The position numbers were made by a program, and so were the translations under genes. A stretch of DNA of 64,000 nt from a virus. The stretch spans positions 64,001 to 128,000 of IMG/VR virus record IMGVR_UViG_3300042874_000443; one strand, written 5' to 3'. Positions 25,848 through 35,847 of this stretch are shown here, piece after piece (positions within the stretch are counted from its first letter, which is position 1; each line of letters opens with the position of its first letter). Below the pieces are notes generated by a model. That model did no database searches. It was not told the origin of the DNA and worked only from the letters and a program-made list of their open reading frames with translations.

Positions 25848-28803
25848 GAAGAAGGAGAGGGTCAAGCTGCCGGTCATTCCGGCCGACGACCCGTCGCTGC
25901 ATCCAGACAACCAATCGCCGCGAAAGACCGGCATGGCGTGTATGGGCTGCGATCTGTTCGACAAGGGCCGTGTCGTTGGACAAGGCGCCTCAGGTCACGT
26001 CGACATCATGTTCGTGTCGGAGTCGCCATCGTCCTGGTCGGTCAACAACCAGGAGATGTTCTTCGGACGCGGCGGCCGCATCATCCGCAAGGTCTGGAAG
26101 GAGCTGAAGGACCTGGATGCAAAGACGGGTGGGCATCTCAAGATGCGCTACCTGTCGAAGTGGGATTCGTACGCGGTCCAGTGTCAGGTTGAAGAGGGCC
26201 GTGACCAGAACGCGACGGCGACGGCTGCAACGATTCAGCGTTGCTCGCACTACCTCCGTTCGTCCATCAGGAACAAGCAGCCCAAGATCATCGTGGCGTT
26301 CGGCGCGACGGCGCTCAAGTCCCTCGGGCACAAGGTCAGCGGGTTTATGGAAGCGCGCGGACGCCTGCTCGACGTCGACATCGACGGTCAGACCTTCAAG
26401 GTCCTGCCGACGTTCTCGACGAAGCACTTGGTGGCGAAGACAGGTCTCTACAACCTGTTCTACGCGGACTTCGTGCGTGCGGTGCGTGTGGCGGGGGGTG
26501 TTGACGAGATCGGCGCGAACGCGACGCTTGAAGAAGTCACCAAGGACTACCGCATCCCGACGACCGTCGCGGAAGTCAAAGACGTCTGCGACACGATCAT
26601 CAACCACGTCGTCGAAGGCGCCAAGACTGCGTCGCAATGTGCGATCGCGGTGGACACCGAGACCAACACCGTCAACCCGCACAGGAAGGACGCGAAGGTC
26701 CTGTGCATCTCGTTCGCCTGGGACACGGGACGTTCGACCGCGATTCCGTTGTTCCATCGGGAAACGCCGTGGTCGCCCGAAGAGATGGAAGAGGTCATCG
26801 GCCACGTACAGCGCGTGCTCGAGTGCCCGAAGCCGAAGGTCTTCCACAACGCGAAGTTCGATCTCAAGTTCATCGAGTTGCGCCACGGCTGGCGCGTCAA
26901 CAACGTCGCGTGGGACTCGCTGCTCGGCGAGCACCTTCTGCGCGAAGACATGACGGGTTCGTACGGCCTGAAGACGTTGGGCCGGAGCTACTTCCCCATG
27001 TTCGGCAACTACGCCGACAAGGTGCAGGAGATCGCGCAACAGCTCACGCCCGAAGAAGAAGGCGTGCGGACCGTGCTCATCAAGGCACGCAAGGGCAAGC
27101 CGAAGAAGGGCGTCGAGGGCATCGAAGACGGCTTGACCTTCGAGATGACCAAGAAGGAGCTGGAGGCGTACCTCTTCGGCACGAAGAAGGACCGCAAGAA
27201 GAAGGTGTTCGACGAGGGCTACGAACGCGTGCCCATCGACACGCTCTGCATCTACGCGGCTGTCGACACCGACCTGACGCGCCGTTTGTTGCGGCATCAG
27301 TTCGGGCGCATGCAACAGGAAGGCTTCCAACAACATGCGCGTGCCTTGATGGCGTCGCACTGCGTCCCGGCGTCGCGAGCGCTCGGGAAGATGGAGTTCG
27401 ACGGCTTCCCGGTCGATCGACCGTATCTCGAGAAGCTTGAAGTCGACCTGGGCAAGATCGTCGACGAGAAGAAGAAGATCCTGAACAGCATGTGGGAGGG
27501 GTCGCACGAGTTCAACCCCAACTCGACTAACGACATCGCGTGGATCCTGTTCAACAACGGTGTGCTCAACCCGGTGACGGGCGAGCGCTCGCTGCGCAAC
27601 GGGCCGTGGGTCGAGGTCAACAAGAAATCGCAGAAGTACAAGACCGACAAGAAGACGCTCAAGGCCATCGCAGAGAAGTTGAAGTGCCCCTTCGCGAAGG
27701 CGCTGCTCGAGTATCGCGGCGCTCACAAGGCTCTCACGGGGTTCGTTCACGACATCAAGGTGTTGTCGGAATACGACAACATCCTGCACTCGAGCTTCCA
27801 CCTGCACGGCACATCGACGGGGCGCCTGTCTTCGTCGAACGTCAACATGCAGAACCAGCCCAAGAAGCTGGCCGGCGTGAACATCAAGAAGATCTTCATC
27901 CCGGATGACCCCGAGGAAGAGCTGATCTTCAACGTCGACTGGAAGGGTGCTGAGATTCGCGTCTTCACCGCGTACGCCCCCGACAAGCAGCTGATCGATG
28001 CACTCAACGGGGGACTCGACGTTCACAGCTGGTTCACGCAGGAGATCTTCGGAATCCCGTACGAGGAGGTCGAAGCGAAGAAGGACATCGACGACGAGAT
28101 GTCCAAGACACGTACAACCGTGAAGCGTGTCGTGTTCGGCATCCTCTACGGCGCCATGGCCAAGAAGATCGCAGAGACCGCTGGCATCTCGGAAGAAGCG
28201 GCGCAGCAGGTCATCGACAAGCTGTTCGATCGCTTCCCGTCCCTGAAGAACTACATGGACGAGGTGGTCGCGCAGATCCACACGCGTGGCTTCGTCGAGA
28301 CGTTGTTCGGTCGTCGCCGCCGGTTCCCGCTGCAGGCGGTCAACGGGTTCTTCCGCGGCCAGGCGGAACGTCGCGGCAAGAACATGAAGATCCAGTCGAC
28401 GTCGTCGGACATCGTCGTGGCGCAGCTCATCGAGATCTTCGATCACATCGGCGAGCTGGGCGGGCGTCTGTGCATTACGGTGCACGACTCGATCGTGGGC
28501 ACGGTCAAGAAGAAGTATCTGTCTCAGGTGCAGCCGTTCTTCGACCACTACTGCGTGGAGCGCGTCGGCCAGAAGTTCCCGTGGCTGCCCGTGGCGTTCG
28601 CGCACGATGTGAGCGTCGGTCCGAACTACGGTGAGACCATCGCGCTGGCGGACTACATCAAGAAGAACCCGATCAAGGAGCTGACGCCCGACCAGGAGTT
28701 CTTCCAGGAGCTGGACGAGGAGTCCTTGAACGAGCTGCGCGATGATGAAGAAGAAGCACGCGAGCGCGAAGCCCTTGCTGCCGTAGCAACGGGTACCTCG
28801 TGA
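25840..28803 (+). CDS. polA: Family A DNA polymerase with N-terminal UDG-like domain and 3'-5' exonuclease
   Basis: UDG4-like CxxCxL...C...C...PKIIVAFGATA; Exo DTET, HNAKFD, YAAVD; TGRLSS; motif A DWKGAEIR, B KRVVFGILYG, C VHDS; start likely GTG 25840. Confidence 0.93.
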   Translation: MVEKKERVKLPVIPADDPSLHPDNQSPRKTGMACMGCDLFDKGRVVGQGASGHVDIMFVSESPSSWSVNNQEMFFGRGGRIIRKVWKELKDLDAKTGGHLKMRYLSKWDSYAVQCQVEEGRDQNATATAATIQRCSHYLRSSIRNKQPKIIVAFGATALKSLGHKVSGFMEARGRLLDVDIDGQTFKVLPTFSTKHLVAKTGLYNLFYADFVRAVRVAGGVDEIGANATLEEVTKDYRIPTTVAEVKDVCDTIINHVVEGAKTASQCAIAVDTETNTVNPHRKDAKVLCISFAWDTGRSTAIPLFHRETPWSPEEMEEVIGHVQRVLECPKPKVFHNAKFDLKFIELRHGWRVNNVAWDSLLGEHLLREDMTGSYGLKTLGRSYFPMFGNYADKVQEIAQQLTPEEEGVRTVLIKARKGKPKKGVEGIEDGLTFEMTKKELEAYLFGTKKDRKKKVFDEGYERVPIDTLCIYAAVDTDLTRRLLRHQFGRMQQEGFQQHARALMASHCVPASRALGKMEFDGFPVDRPYLEKLEVDLGKIVDEKKKILNSMWEGSHEFNPNSTNDIAWILFNNGVLNPVTGERSLRNGPWVEVNKKSQKYKTDKKTLKAIAEKLKCPFAKALLEYRGAHKALTGFVHDIKVLSEYDNILHSSFHLHGTSTGRLSSSNVNMQNQPKKLAGVNIKKIFIPDDPEEELIFNVDWKGAEIRVFTAYAPDKQLIDALNGGLDVHSWFTQEIFGIPYEEVEAKKDIDDEMSKTRTTVKRVVFGILYGAMAKKIAETAGISEEAAQQVIDKLFDRFPSLKNYMDEVVAQIHTRGFVETLFGRRRRFPLQAVNGFFRGQAERRGKNMKIQSTSSDIVVAQLIEIFDHIGELGGRLCITVHDSIVGTVKKKYLSQVQPFFDHYCVERVGQKFPWLPVAFAHDVSVGPNYGETIALADYIKKNPIKELTPDQEFFQELDEESLNELRDDEEEAREREALAAVATGTS

Positions 28804-29012
28804 ACAAGATACGCGGACGTTGTCACGGTCCTGATCGCCTGGTGCATCTCTTTCACCCTACGTACGGAGAGTGGGAAGATGCGCTCGGCGGAGACTACGC
28901 GTTCGTCACAGGCTGTGGGCGTGGGTTCAACGAAGACGACGAAGAAACGTACCAACCTACCGACGATCTCGTCACCTGTTTACGGTGTATCGGTTCACCG
29001 TTTACTGAATAA
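28800..29012 (+). CDS. Small putative metal-binding protein (VTCLxC family)
   Basis: DRLVH...GCG...LVTCLRCIGSPF; paralog at 35677. Confidence 0.6.
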   Translation: MNKIRGRCHGPDRLVHLFHPTYGEWEDALGGDYAFVTGCGRGFNEDDEETYQPTDDLVTCLRCIGSPFTE

Positions 29013-29066
29013 ACCTGTTAGAAATCCAAGAGACCCTTTGTTATAAGCTACAGCTGAGGACCATCA

Positions 29067-29636
29067 ATGCCACCGCGCCCTGCCATGAAGGATTGCAACC
29101 TCTTCTTCTTCGACTGCGAGACAGGAGGGTTGAACCCTGCTGTCGCGGACATGGTCGAAGTGGCCTGTATCGTCACGGACCCGTCAGGACAGAACGTCCT
29201 CGACGAGTATTGTGCGAAGGTCTTTCCAAAGAAGCCGGTCGATCCTGGGGCAGCGCGGGTGAACGGCTACACGATGGAGAAGTGGGCCGCGGAAGCCATC
29301 GAGCTGGACATCGCGATGGTCAAGCTCCTGGGCATGGGACGTGACGCTGTGTTCGTTGCGCACAACACGCCCTTCGACTGGGGCTTCTTCGAGATGGCGA
29401 TGGCCCAGCGCAGCCAGCGTTGGATCGGCGACTACCACAAGATCGACACTGTCGCGTTGGCCACGCCACTTCTCAAGGCGGGACACGTCGCGAACGTCAA
29501 GCTCGTGACGCTGACGGAGCACTTCGGGATCGAGCACGAGGCACATCGCGCGATGGGAGATGCTCGTGCATGCCGTGATGTCTATCTCCGGTTGATGGAG
29601 ATGTACTCGTCGGTATTCGCCGACACCGTGCACTGA
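29067..29636 (+). CDS. DEDDh 3'-5' exonuclease (DnaQ-like)
   Basis: FDCETGG, AHNTPFD, HRAMGDA. Confidence 0.9.
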   Translation: MPPRPAMKDCNLFFFDCETGGLNPAVADMVEVACIVTDPSGQNVLDEYCAKVFPKKPVDPGAARVNGYTMEKWAAEAIELDIAMVKLLGMGRDAVFVAHNTPFDWGFFEMAMAQRSQRWIGDYHKIDTVALATPLLKAGHVANVKLVTLTEHFGIEHEAHRAMGDARACRDVYLRLMEMYSSVFADTVH

Positions 29637-29638
29637 CG

Positions 29639-31252
29639 CTACAAGAACTTCAGGCTCTGCGTCAGCAGCATCCAGGCGAACCAGCCGAAGATCTGCGCGT
29701 GCAAACAATCGTCGGGCATGGTCGGCGAGTGTCGCCAGACCTTTCGCCCCTGCAAGGTGACCTCTTCGTAGACGTTCAGGATGTCACTGATGGCGGGCTG
29801 CGCGTGCATCAGCTTGGGGTAGACCGCCTGCTTGTGAATCAAGAACCGAGCGTAGTTGTCGATGAGCGTCGTACGGTCGACATGATAGACCATCGCAGCC
29901 GGGTTCCAGTCGAACGGCTTGGACAGCGCCATGTAGCGAATGGCGACGACGCGGTGGTCTCCCAAGCGGGCACGTAGGTACGAGTTGCCGATGGCACCTT
30001 CGCCGGCGTCGCCGACGAGCATGTTGACACCCCATGCGTTGCACAGCTCGACGATCTCGTCGATCCAACCGATGGCGTGGCCGTTGGGGAAGATCTTGTA
30101 GAAGAGCGTCTTCAAGCGCCCGTCGGCCATCTGGCCCCAGATGTGGAGCACCGTCCGGCTCTTGAAGAGGCCCTCGCTGCCTTTGATCTCGGCACCGCCA
30201 CCGGACCAGTCGACGCCGGCAACGACGCGAGCGATGCCCTCTTTCGACAACGGCAACGGCAGGCGCGTCATCTCGTGGTTCTCGTCGCAGAGAGCCTCGA
30301 GAATCTCCTTGGTCAGGAGACGCGCACCTGTCGACGTGCTGACGCCGATGCACTCGTTCAGGAACTTGGCCTCGCCGTAGAGTGGCGAGTCCATCTTGTA
30401 GAGGAGCTTCCCCCAACGTTCGACGGCGGCCTCGTGACCGGGCGAGCCGAGGGGCCACGACGCAGGCACGTTCGTGGGCATGATGGCCTGGCTGACGTGG
30501 AAGCCCTTGATGCCGGCGGCCTTGTCCTTGGCCATGTCGATCCACTGGCCCTTGCGTGGGTCGAGACACTTTCCACAGCTCAGGCAGATCGGTCCGTTCT
30601 TGCCGAGCGCCTTTGTGCTAACGATGAACGTCCACTTGCTGCAACCCTCGCAGCGCATGCACCATTCGGTCTGCGACGACTGCGACCACAAGAACTCGAT
30701 GGTGTTTTCCATCGTCTTGGGCGTGCCGGCGTACGCCGAGTACTGGTAGTTCGAGTTGGCCATGCACTCCTCGATGACCGGGATGACGGCCTCGTAGAGG
30801 ATGTCCTGAACCTCGTCGAAGCAGCAGCGGTCAGCCGAGTAACCACGAGCGCGGTCAGGGTCATCGAGGGCGTACGTGAACGCCATCTCGGACCCGTTCG
30901 TGAGCATGCGCAGAAGGACGTTGTCGATCGATTCGGGACCGACGAAACCGCGACGAAGATCAGGGCTGTACGCGAGGATCTTCGCGACGCGGGTATGCGA
31001 GAACTTGCGCGTCTGCTCCTGCGACGGAGAGACGTAGTACGACTTGAAGGGCGCCGTGGCGATGGCCTCGGCGATCATGAAGGCCGCCAGCGTGGTCGAC
31101 TTGGTGACCTGCCGTCCCGTCTTCAAGAGAAGGCGGGGGTACTTACCGTCGTACACTGCACCGAACATCGGGTAGTCCACCAACGACAAAGGCTTGCCGT
31201 CGACGTAGAACAACCCCTGCGCGATGGTTGAACGATAAACCTCTTCCGACAT
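29639..31252 (-). CDS. terL: Terminase large subunit (GpA-like)
   Basis: GRQVTKST Walker A, CFDEVQD Walker B, GTPKT, CxxC/CxxC, nuclease GVDW...DDCLHA. Confidence 0.88.
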   Translation of the reverse strand: MSEEVYRSTIAQGLFYVDGKPLSLVDYPMFGAVYDGKYPRLLLKTGRQVTKSTTLAAFMIAEAIATAPFKSYYVSPSQEQTRKFSHTRVAKILAYSPDLRRGFVGPESIDNVLLRMLTNGSEMAFTYALDDPDRARGYSADRCCFDEVQDILYEAVIPVIEECMANSNYQYSAYAGTPKTMENTIEFLWSQSSQTEWCMRCEGCSKWTFIVSTKALGKNGPICLSCGKCLDPRKGQWIDMAKDKAAGIKGFHVSQAIMPTNVPASWPLGSPGHEAAVERWGKLLYKMDSPLYGEAKFLNECIGVSTSTGARLLTKEILEALCDENHEMTRLPLPLSKEGIARVVAGVDWSGGGAEIKGSEGLFKSRTVLHIWGQMADGRLKTLFYKIFPNGHAIGWIDEIVELCNAWGVNMLVGDAGEGAIGNSYLRARLGDHRVVAIRYMALSKPFDWNPAAMVYHVDRTTLIDNYARFLIHKQAVYPKLMHAQPAISDILNVYEEVTLQGRKVWRHSPTMPDDCLHAQIFGWFAWMLLTQSLKFL

Positions 31253-31277
31253 ATCAACGGGAACCTAGGAGAATGAG

Positions 31278-32558
31278 ATGAGCACTGCTGACACCAAGAC
31301 CGTCGTCGAAGATACCTTCGCGTCGAAGCTCGGCATCGAGATGGTCACGCCCCGCGTCTTCGAAGAGCTGATCGAGCTGAACGCGGGCACGCGCAACGTG
31401 GTGTGTGCAATCGGTCCGTCCGGCATCGGTAAGACTGCGATTCCGACACAGGTTGCGAAGCGACGCAACAACGGAAAGGGCGTGCCCTACGTGCCGCTGC
31501 ACATGCCGACCGCGACACAGGAGGGGTTCTTCATCCCGACCACGGCGAGCGACACGAAGCTGTACTTCGATCAACGCGTGCCCCGCCTGTTCCAGCCGCT
31601 CATCGAGTGGGCCGAGCAGATGGAGAAGAAGTACAAGGGCAAGGTCCCCAAGGACATGTGTCCGATCCTCTCCATCGAGGAGCTGAATCGTGCCGTCGAC
31701 AAGTCGGTCACGCGTGCCGCGTTCGTGCTCATCGGCGACCGCATGATCGGTGACATCAAGCTGCACGACTGCATCCAGATCGTCGTGACGATGAATCCGT
31801 CCGGTGGTGGGATGAACGTCAACGAGTTCGAGCGTGACCCGGCGATGCGTCGTCGGCTTCTGCCCGTCGGCGTGGCGTACAACTACGGCGACTTCATGAA
31901 GCACGCCACCACGGCTGGTTTCCACGAGAACGTCGTCGGACATCTCGGCGCGCAACCGAGCCACGGCTACGACGACCAAGCCGCGCTCGCGGGCAAGGCG
32001 TTCGCGTGCCCGGCGACGTGGGAAACGGTGTCCCGGCTCTGTGTTCAGTTCGAAGACGCGGAGATCCCGCTGAACAGCACGACGGGACGTGCTGCCATCG
32101 CAGGCGCCATCGGCACCGCGTCGGCGACGGCGTTCCTCGAGTTCGTGCGTGACAACACGCTCGTCGTCACGCCGGACGATGTCCTGACCAACTACGGGCC
32201 CGACTCCGAGACGCGCAAGCGTTTCAAGAAGTACCTCCCCAAGGAGGGTGAGGGACGGTTGGACAAGGTGACCGAGCTGTCGATGGGCTTGGCCACGCGC
32301 ATCTTCGCGGACCTCTCGAAGAAGCCCGAGCAGCTCACCAAGCAGCTCTCGCTCTTTGTCAGCGATCTGCCCGAGGAGATCCTGATGTCGTTCATCCAGA
32401 AGCTGACCGACGAGTCCAACCGTCTGGGCAACGACGCGAAGAACTTCCTGCAGAACCTCAACCAGAAGCTGGCGGGTGAGCCTGTCTTCGTCGATGGTCT
32501 GAAGCGTCTGCACCAAGCGAAGATCGCGGCGCAGAAGGAGTCGTCGAACCCGACATGA
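31278..32558 (+). CDS. MoxR-like AAA+ ATPase
   Basis: GPSGIGKT, IEELNRA, TMNP, DPAMRRR. Confidence 0.88.
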   Translation: MSTADTKTVVEDTFASKLGIEMVTPRVFEELIELNAGTRNVVCAIGPSGIGKTAIPTQVAKRRNNGKGVPYVPLHMPTATQEGFFIPTTASDTKLYFDQRVPRLFQPLIEWAEQMEKKYKGKVPKDMCPILSIEELNRAVDKSVTRAAFVLIGDRMIGDIKLHDCIQIVVTMNPSGGGMNVNEFERDPAMRRRLLPVGVAYNYGDFMKHATTAGFHENVVGHLGAQPSHGYDDQAALAGKAFACPATWETVSRLCVQFEDAEIPLNSTTGRAAIAGAIGTASATAFLEFVRDNTLVVTPDDVLTNYGPDSETRKRFKKYLPKEGEGRLDKVTELSMGLATRIFADLSKKPEQLTKQLSLFVSDLPEEILMSFIQKLTDESNRLGNDAKNFLQNLNQKLAGEPVFVDGLKRLHQAKIAAQKESSNPT

Positions 32559-32560
32559 GG

Positions 32561-33205
32561 TCATGCGACCCGGGCCAGGTCCCGTTCGGCGCGTGCTCGG
32601 CGCTCGCAGACGTGCAGCTCGACGGCGGCCAACCGTGCGATCTGAACGTCGACGGGCGCTTCTTGAAGCGTGAGCTTCTCGAGGCCGTTCTTGTCGACCT
32701 TCGCCCAGCGCTCCTTGACCTCGTCGGTGAGATGGTCGTGGTGGCGAATGCGGTCGAGCGCGTTCTGCGCGAAGTCGAGCTGTTCAGGCGCGAGAACGAA
32801 ACCTGCACGGTTCAGAATGACACCGGCGTAGGCGCGCGGCTCGCTGCCGACTTCCCACGATGCATCGTTCGCATCGCGGATGATCCATGCCGCCTCGACG
32901 ACAGCCCAAGCGAGTCGCGCCGGCGACGCCTCTTCGAGAATGTCGGGGTTGCACGGATGTCCGTCGAACGCGATGGCCGTCTTCTCGAAGACGATGGCGT
33001 CCCAGTAGAACGAGGGCACCAAACGCAGAGCGACGCCTGCCATGACCTTGATGCGGTTCTCCACGGGGAGGTCGACATCTTGGTGCTGCAGTTCGAGCCA
33101 GATCGACTCAGGCTCCCACGCAAGGAAGTCGCCGAGCAGGCGATGCACGGCTTTCATCAGGACGACCGCAGAGGTGTCTGGATTTCGAAGAAGGTCTTTG
33201 CTCAC
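32561..33205 (-). CDS. Hypothetical (putative head-associated) protein
   Basis: GAGG RBS; co-oriented with 33215-34204. Confidence 0.7.
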   Translation of the reverse strand: MSKDLLRNPDTSAVVLMKAVHRLLGDFLAWEPESIWLELQHQDVDLPVENRIKVMAGVALRLVPSFYWDAIVFEKTAIAFDGHPCNPDILEEASPARLAWAVVEAAWIIRDANDASWEVGSEPRAYAGVILNRAGFVLAPEQLDFAQNALDRIRHHDHLTDEVKERWAKVDKNGLEKLTLQEAPVDVQIARLAAVELHVCERRARAERDLARVA

Positions 33206-33214
33206 GCAAGACCT

Positions 33215-34204
33215 CTACCGCATCTGCGCCGACAACATGCGCTGCATGTCGACGGGCAAGGTCTCGAGCACCTGCGCGAGACGCATCGGGTCCATGTGGC
33301 CGGTAGCGTCGGACGCTTCGCGGACGATGTCGGAGCCGAGGATGTCGGAGTAGAACGTCGAGGGGTACGACGCGACGCGTTCGATCGGCATGAAGCGACC
33401 GGCGAGTGTGACGCCCTGACCCGCGACCTTGTTCGAGTTGAACACCGTCATCAGCGGGTCGGGCAGCTTGCGGTCGTAGTAGCGGTCGAGACCGGCCAGC
33501 GTGTCCATCTCGCCGATCGCTTCGGCGAGCTTGATCTGTTGCGCGCGGTCGCGCATTTCGGCAGGCAGTTTCTTCGCTGCGTTGGCGAGCTTCTGGTAGC
33601 CGTCCTTGTGTTCGATGGGCGCAGCTTCGCGCCGGGCTTCGAGCCAGTCGACCAGGGGCTGTCGCTCGGTGACGGTCATGCCCGCCATCTTGCGGATCTC
33701 GTCGCGCACGCCGACACCGAAGAACGCGGCCTTCTCGACAAGACGTCGGCTCGCCAGAGCGCGATGCGGGATCGAGAGCTTCTGTCCTTCGGTGCGCAGC
33801 TTCTCTTCTGCTTCCTTGACGTGTCCCGCTTCGGTGACGCGAAGACGGCGGATGTCGGGGAGCAGAAAGTGGTCCGCGGGCTCGGGCGCCGCAGCAACCT
33901 TCGTTCGAGCAAAGAGGCTGTCGTCGATGCCGTAGACCTCACACGCTTCCTTGATGACGCGTGTCGCGTGCGCAGGGAAGTTCGGGATGCCTTCGCTGTA
34001 GATGCGAGAGAGCATCGCGTGCTCACGCGAATGGATGGGGAAGGCGCGCTTCTCCGACCATGCGAATGCCGTGTTCGGGAGCTTGTCGTACTCCTCACGG
34101 TTCACATCAATGTCCTGGATCGCCGCAGCGAGCTTGGGACGATCAGAAACACGGCGCACGAGATGCGCCATCACCGGGTCAGAAAACTGGTCCACAACGG
34201 CCAT
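33215..34204 (-). CDS. Hypothetical (putative head-associated) protein with K-x-A motifs
   Basis: RTKVAAA, NKVAG, EKAA; CCTATAAT 6 nt before ATG. Confidence 0.75.
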   Translation of the reverse strand: MAVVDQFSDPVMAHLVRRVSDRPKLAAAIQDIDVNREEYDKLPNTAFAWSEKRAFPIHSREHAMLSRIYSEGIPNFPAHATRVIKEACEVYGIDDSLFARTKVAAAPEPADHFLLPDIRRLRVTEAGHVKEAEEKLRTEGQKLSIPHRALASRRLVEKAAFFGVGVRDEIRKMAGMTVTERQPLVDWLEARREAAPIEHKDGYQKLANAAKKLPAEMRDRAQQIKLAEAIGEMDTLAGLDRYYDRKLPDPLMTVFNSNKVAGQGVTLAGRFMPIERVASYPSTFYSDILGSDIVREASDATGHMDPMRLAQVLETLPVDMQRMLSAQMR

Positions 34205-34210
34205 GCAGGA

Positions 34211-34218
34211 ATTATAGG
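34211..34218 (-). promoter_or_regulatory. CCTATAAT promoter-like element (probably leaderless transcript)
   Basis: In a 20-bp divergent gap, 6 nt before ATG 34204, no room for an RBS. Confidence 0.6.
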
Positions 34219-34224
34219 GGAAAC

Positions 34225-35673
34225 ATGAAGCTCAAACTCTCGGAGTTCTTCATCTATCTGATCCAAAAGAAGAGCTTCTACGGGCGCCTGGCCTCCAGCC
34301 TGGAGCGCGTGGCTCGGCCGGGGATGGGGACCCTCGCCGTGGGCATCCGGGAGGGCCGGGCCGTGCTGTTCTACGACCCCGAGTTCATCGGGGCGCTCCC
34401 TTTCAAGTCAGCGTCGTTCGCGCTCGAACACGAGCTGCTGCACCTGATGCTCGACCACATCCCGCGGTACCTCGAACTGCTGGCGTTGTGTCCGACCGAG
34501 CTGGACCGCGCGAAGGCAGCCAAGGTCTTCAACATCGCGATGGACTGCGCCATCAACACGATGCTGCGAAAACATGAAGGGTTCGACGAGATCGAGCAGT
34601 TCATGAAGGACCGGATCAAGGCGCAGTATCCGGACGCTGAGGACAGCCCACGTAACGGCATGTGTCTGCCTGAGAAGTGGGACCTTCCGTTGGAAGGCTC
34701 GTTCGAGTTCTACCAGTGGTCGCTGATGCGCAAGGTGAAGGTCATCGACCTCTCCAAGCTCCTCGGCGGAACGGACCACTCCATGTGGACCGACGGGGAG
34801 AAAGGCGAAGAGAACCCCGAGCAGACGTGTCCGGGCGACGGACAAGGTGACGGGCAGGGCAACGACGGAAAGGGCGATCAGGACCCCAAGGGGATGGTCT
34901 TCGGGGGTTCGACGTTCAAGGACATGACGTCCGACGAACTGCTCTCGCAAGCGCACCGCATTCGTGAACAGCTCAAGCAGACGATGCGTTCTGTCGTGCG
35001 GTCGATGGGCGGTATCGGACGTGGAACGTTGCCGGGTGGACTCGAGGAGTGGCTGGAAGCGTATCTGGCCGACCCCATCGTTCCGTGGTGGGAGATCTTC
35101 TCGACGCGCGCGAAGATGTCGCGGACGTCGAAGCACCGGCGCAGTGTTGCACAGCCCAACCGCATGCTCCTCGCGCTCGCCGAAGAGGACGTCTGCATCA
35201 TCCCGACGCCTGGGCGTGTTCGTGACAAGGCGTGGCGGGTGTTTCTCTACGTCGATACGTCGGGGTCGATGTCCTCAGAGTCCCTGGAGATCGTCAAGAG
35301 CGAGCTGCAGCACATGCTCGCTGTCGACGAGAACATGGAGATTCGCTACATGCAGGGCGACGCAGCTACGCACATGGATGTGGTCCTGCACTCTGGTGAC
35401 GAGATTCCCAAGGAGGTCGTGGGACGCGGCGGCACCGACTTCGACGCGTACTTCATCCACATGAGCCAGTACGTGAAGGACGACGCAAAGTCGCCTGACA
35501 TCGTCGTGGTCTACACCGACGGCTATGCACCCTCGGTCGACAAGAAGAATCGACTGCCACAGGAAATCCCGGTTCTGTGGTTGGTCACACCCCATCACAG
35601 CGAACACTTTCACGAAGGGTACGGCGAGATCATCGTCTGCGATCCGTCACATAACGACCGCTACAAGGGTTGA
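34225..35673 (+). CDS. Metallopeptidase-like (HExxH) + VWA domain protein, DUF2201-like
   Basis: Start reassigned to ATG 34225; HELLH; MIDAS DTSGSMS, GRGGTDF, YTDG. Confidence 0.88.
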   Translation: MKLKLSEFFIYLIQKKSFYGRLASSLERVARPGMGTLAVGIREGRAVLFYDPEFIGALPFKSASFALEHELLHLMLDHIPRYLELLALCPTELDRAKAAKVFNIAMDCAINTMLRKHEGFDEIEQFMKDRIKAQYPDAEDSPRNGMCLPEKWDLPLEGSFEFYQWSLMRKVKVIDLSKLLGGTDHSMWTDGEKGEENPEQTCPGDGQGDGQGNDGKGDQDPKGMVFGGSTFKDMTSDELLSQAHRIREQLKQTMRSVVRSMGGIGRGTLPGGLEEWLEAYLADPIVPWWEIFSTRAKMSRTSKHRRSVAQPNRMLLALAEEDVCIIPTPGRVRDKAWRVFLYVDTSGSMSSESLEIVKSELQHMLAVDENMEIRYMQGDAATHMDVVLHSGDEIPKEVVGRGGTDFDAYFIHMSQYVKDDAKSPDIVVVYTDGYAPSVDKKNRLPQEIPVLWLVTPHHSEHFHEGYGEIIVCDPSHNDRYKG

Positions 35674-35676
35674 TAC

Positions 35677-35847
35677 GTGAACTGGGTGGATGACAAAGGC
35701 GTCGTTCACCACGGTATCGGTATGACACGTATCGAAGGTCATCCGCGCGTGGGAAGAACACGCAAGACACACAAAGTAGTGACGTGCCTATGGTGCGTCC
35801 AATCCCCGTTTCAAAAGCCAAGAAGGATGAGAAGGATAAGAAGATGA
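35677..35847 (+). CDS. Small putative metal-binding protein (VTCLxC family, 56 aa)
   Basis: Manual translation MNWVDDKGVVHH...VVTCLWCVQSPFQKPRRMRRIRR; stop overlaps next ATG; not in track. Confidence 0.6.
   Translation: MNWVDDKGVVHHGIGMTRIEGHPRVGRTRKTHKVVTCLWCVQSPFQKPRRMRRIRR

Noticed and set aside
25990-28605. Long antisense ORFs (also 32555-34228, 43723-45648, 21933-23351 and others)
   Set aside because: Shadow frames of GC-rich genes; no motifs; the opposite strand holds the coherent genes
33961-34224. N-terminal extensions given by the ORF track (also 3234-3410, 19678-19815, 38453-38554)
   Set aside because: They overlap other genes or promoters; downstream starts have better RBS or domain boundaries
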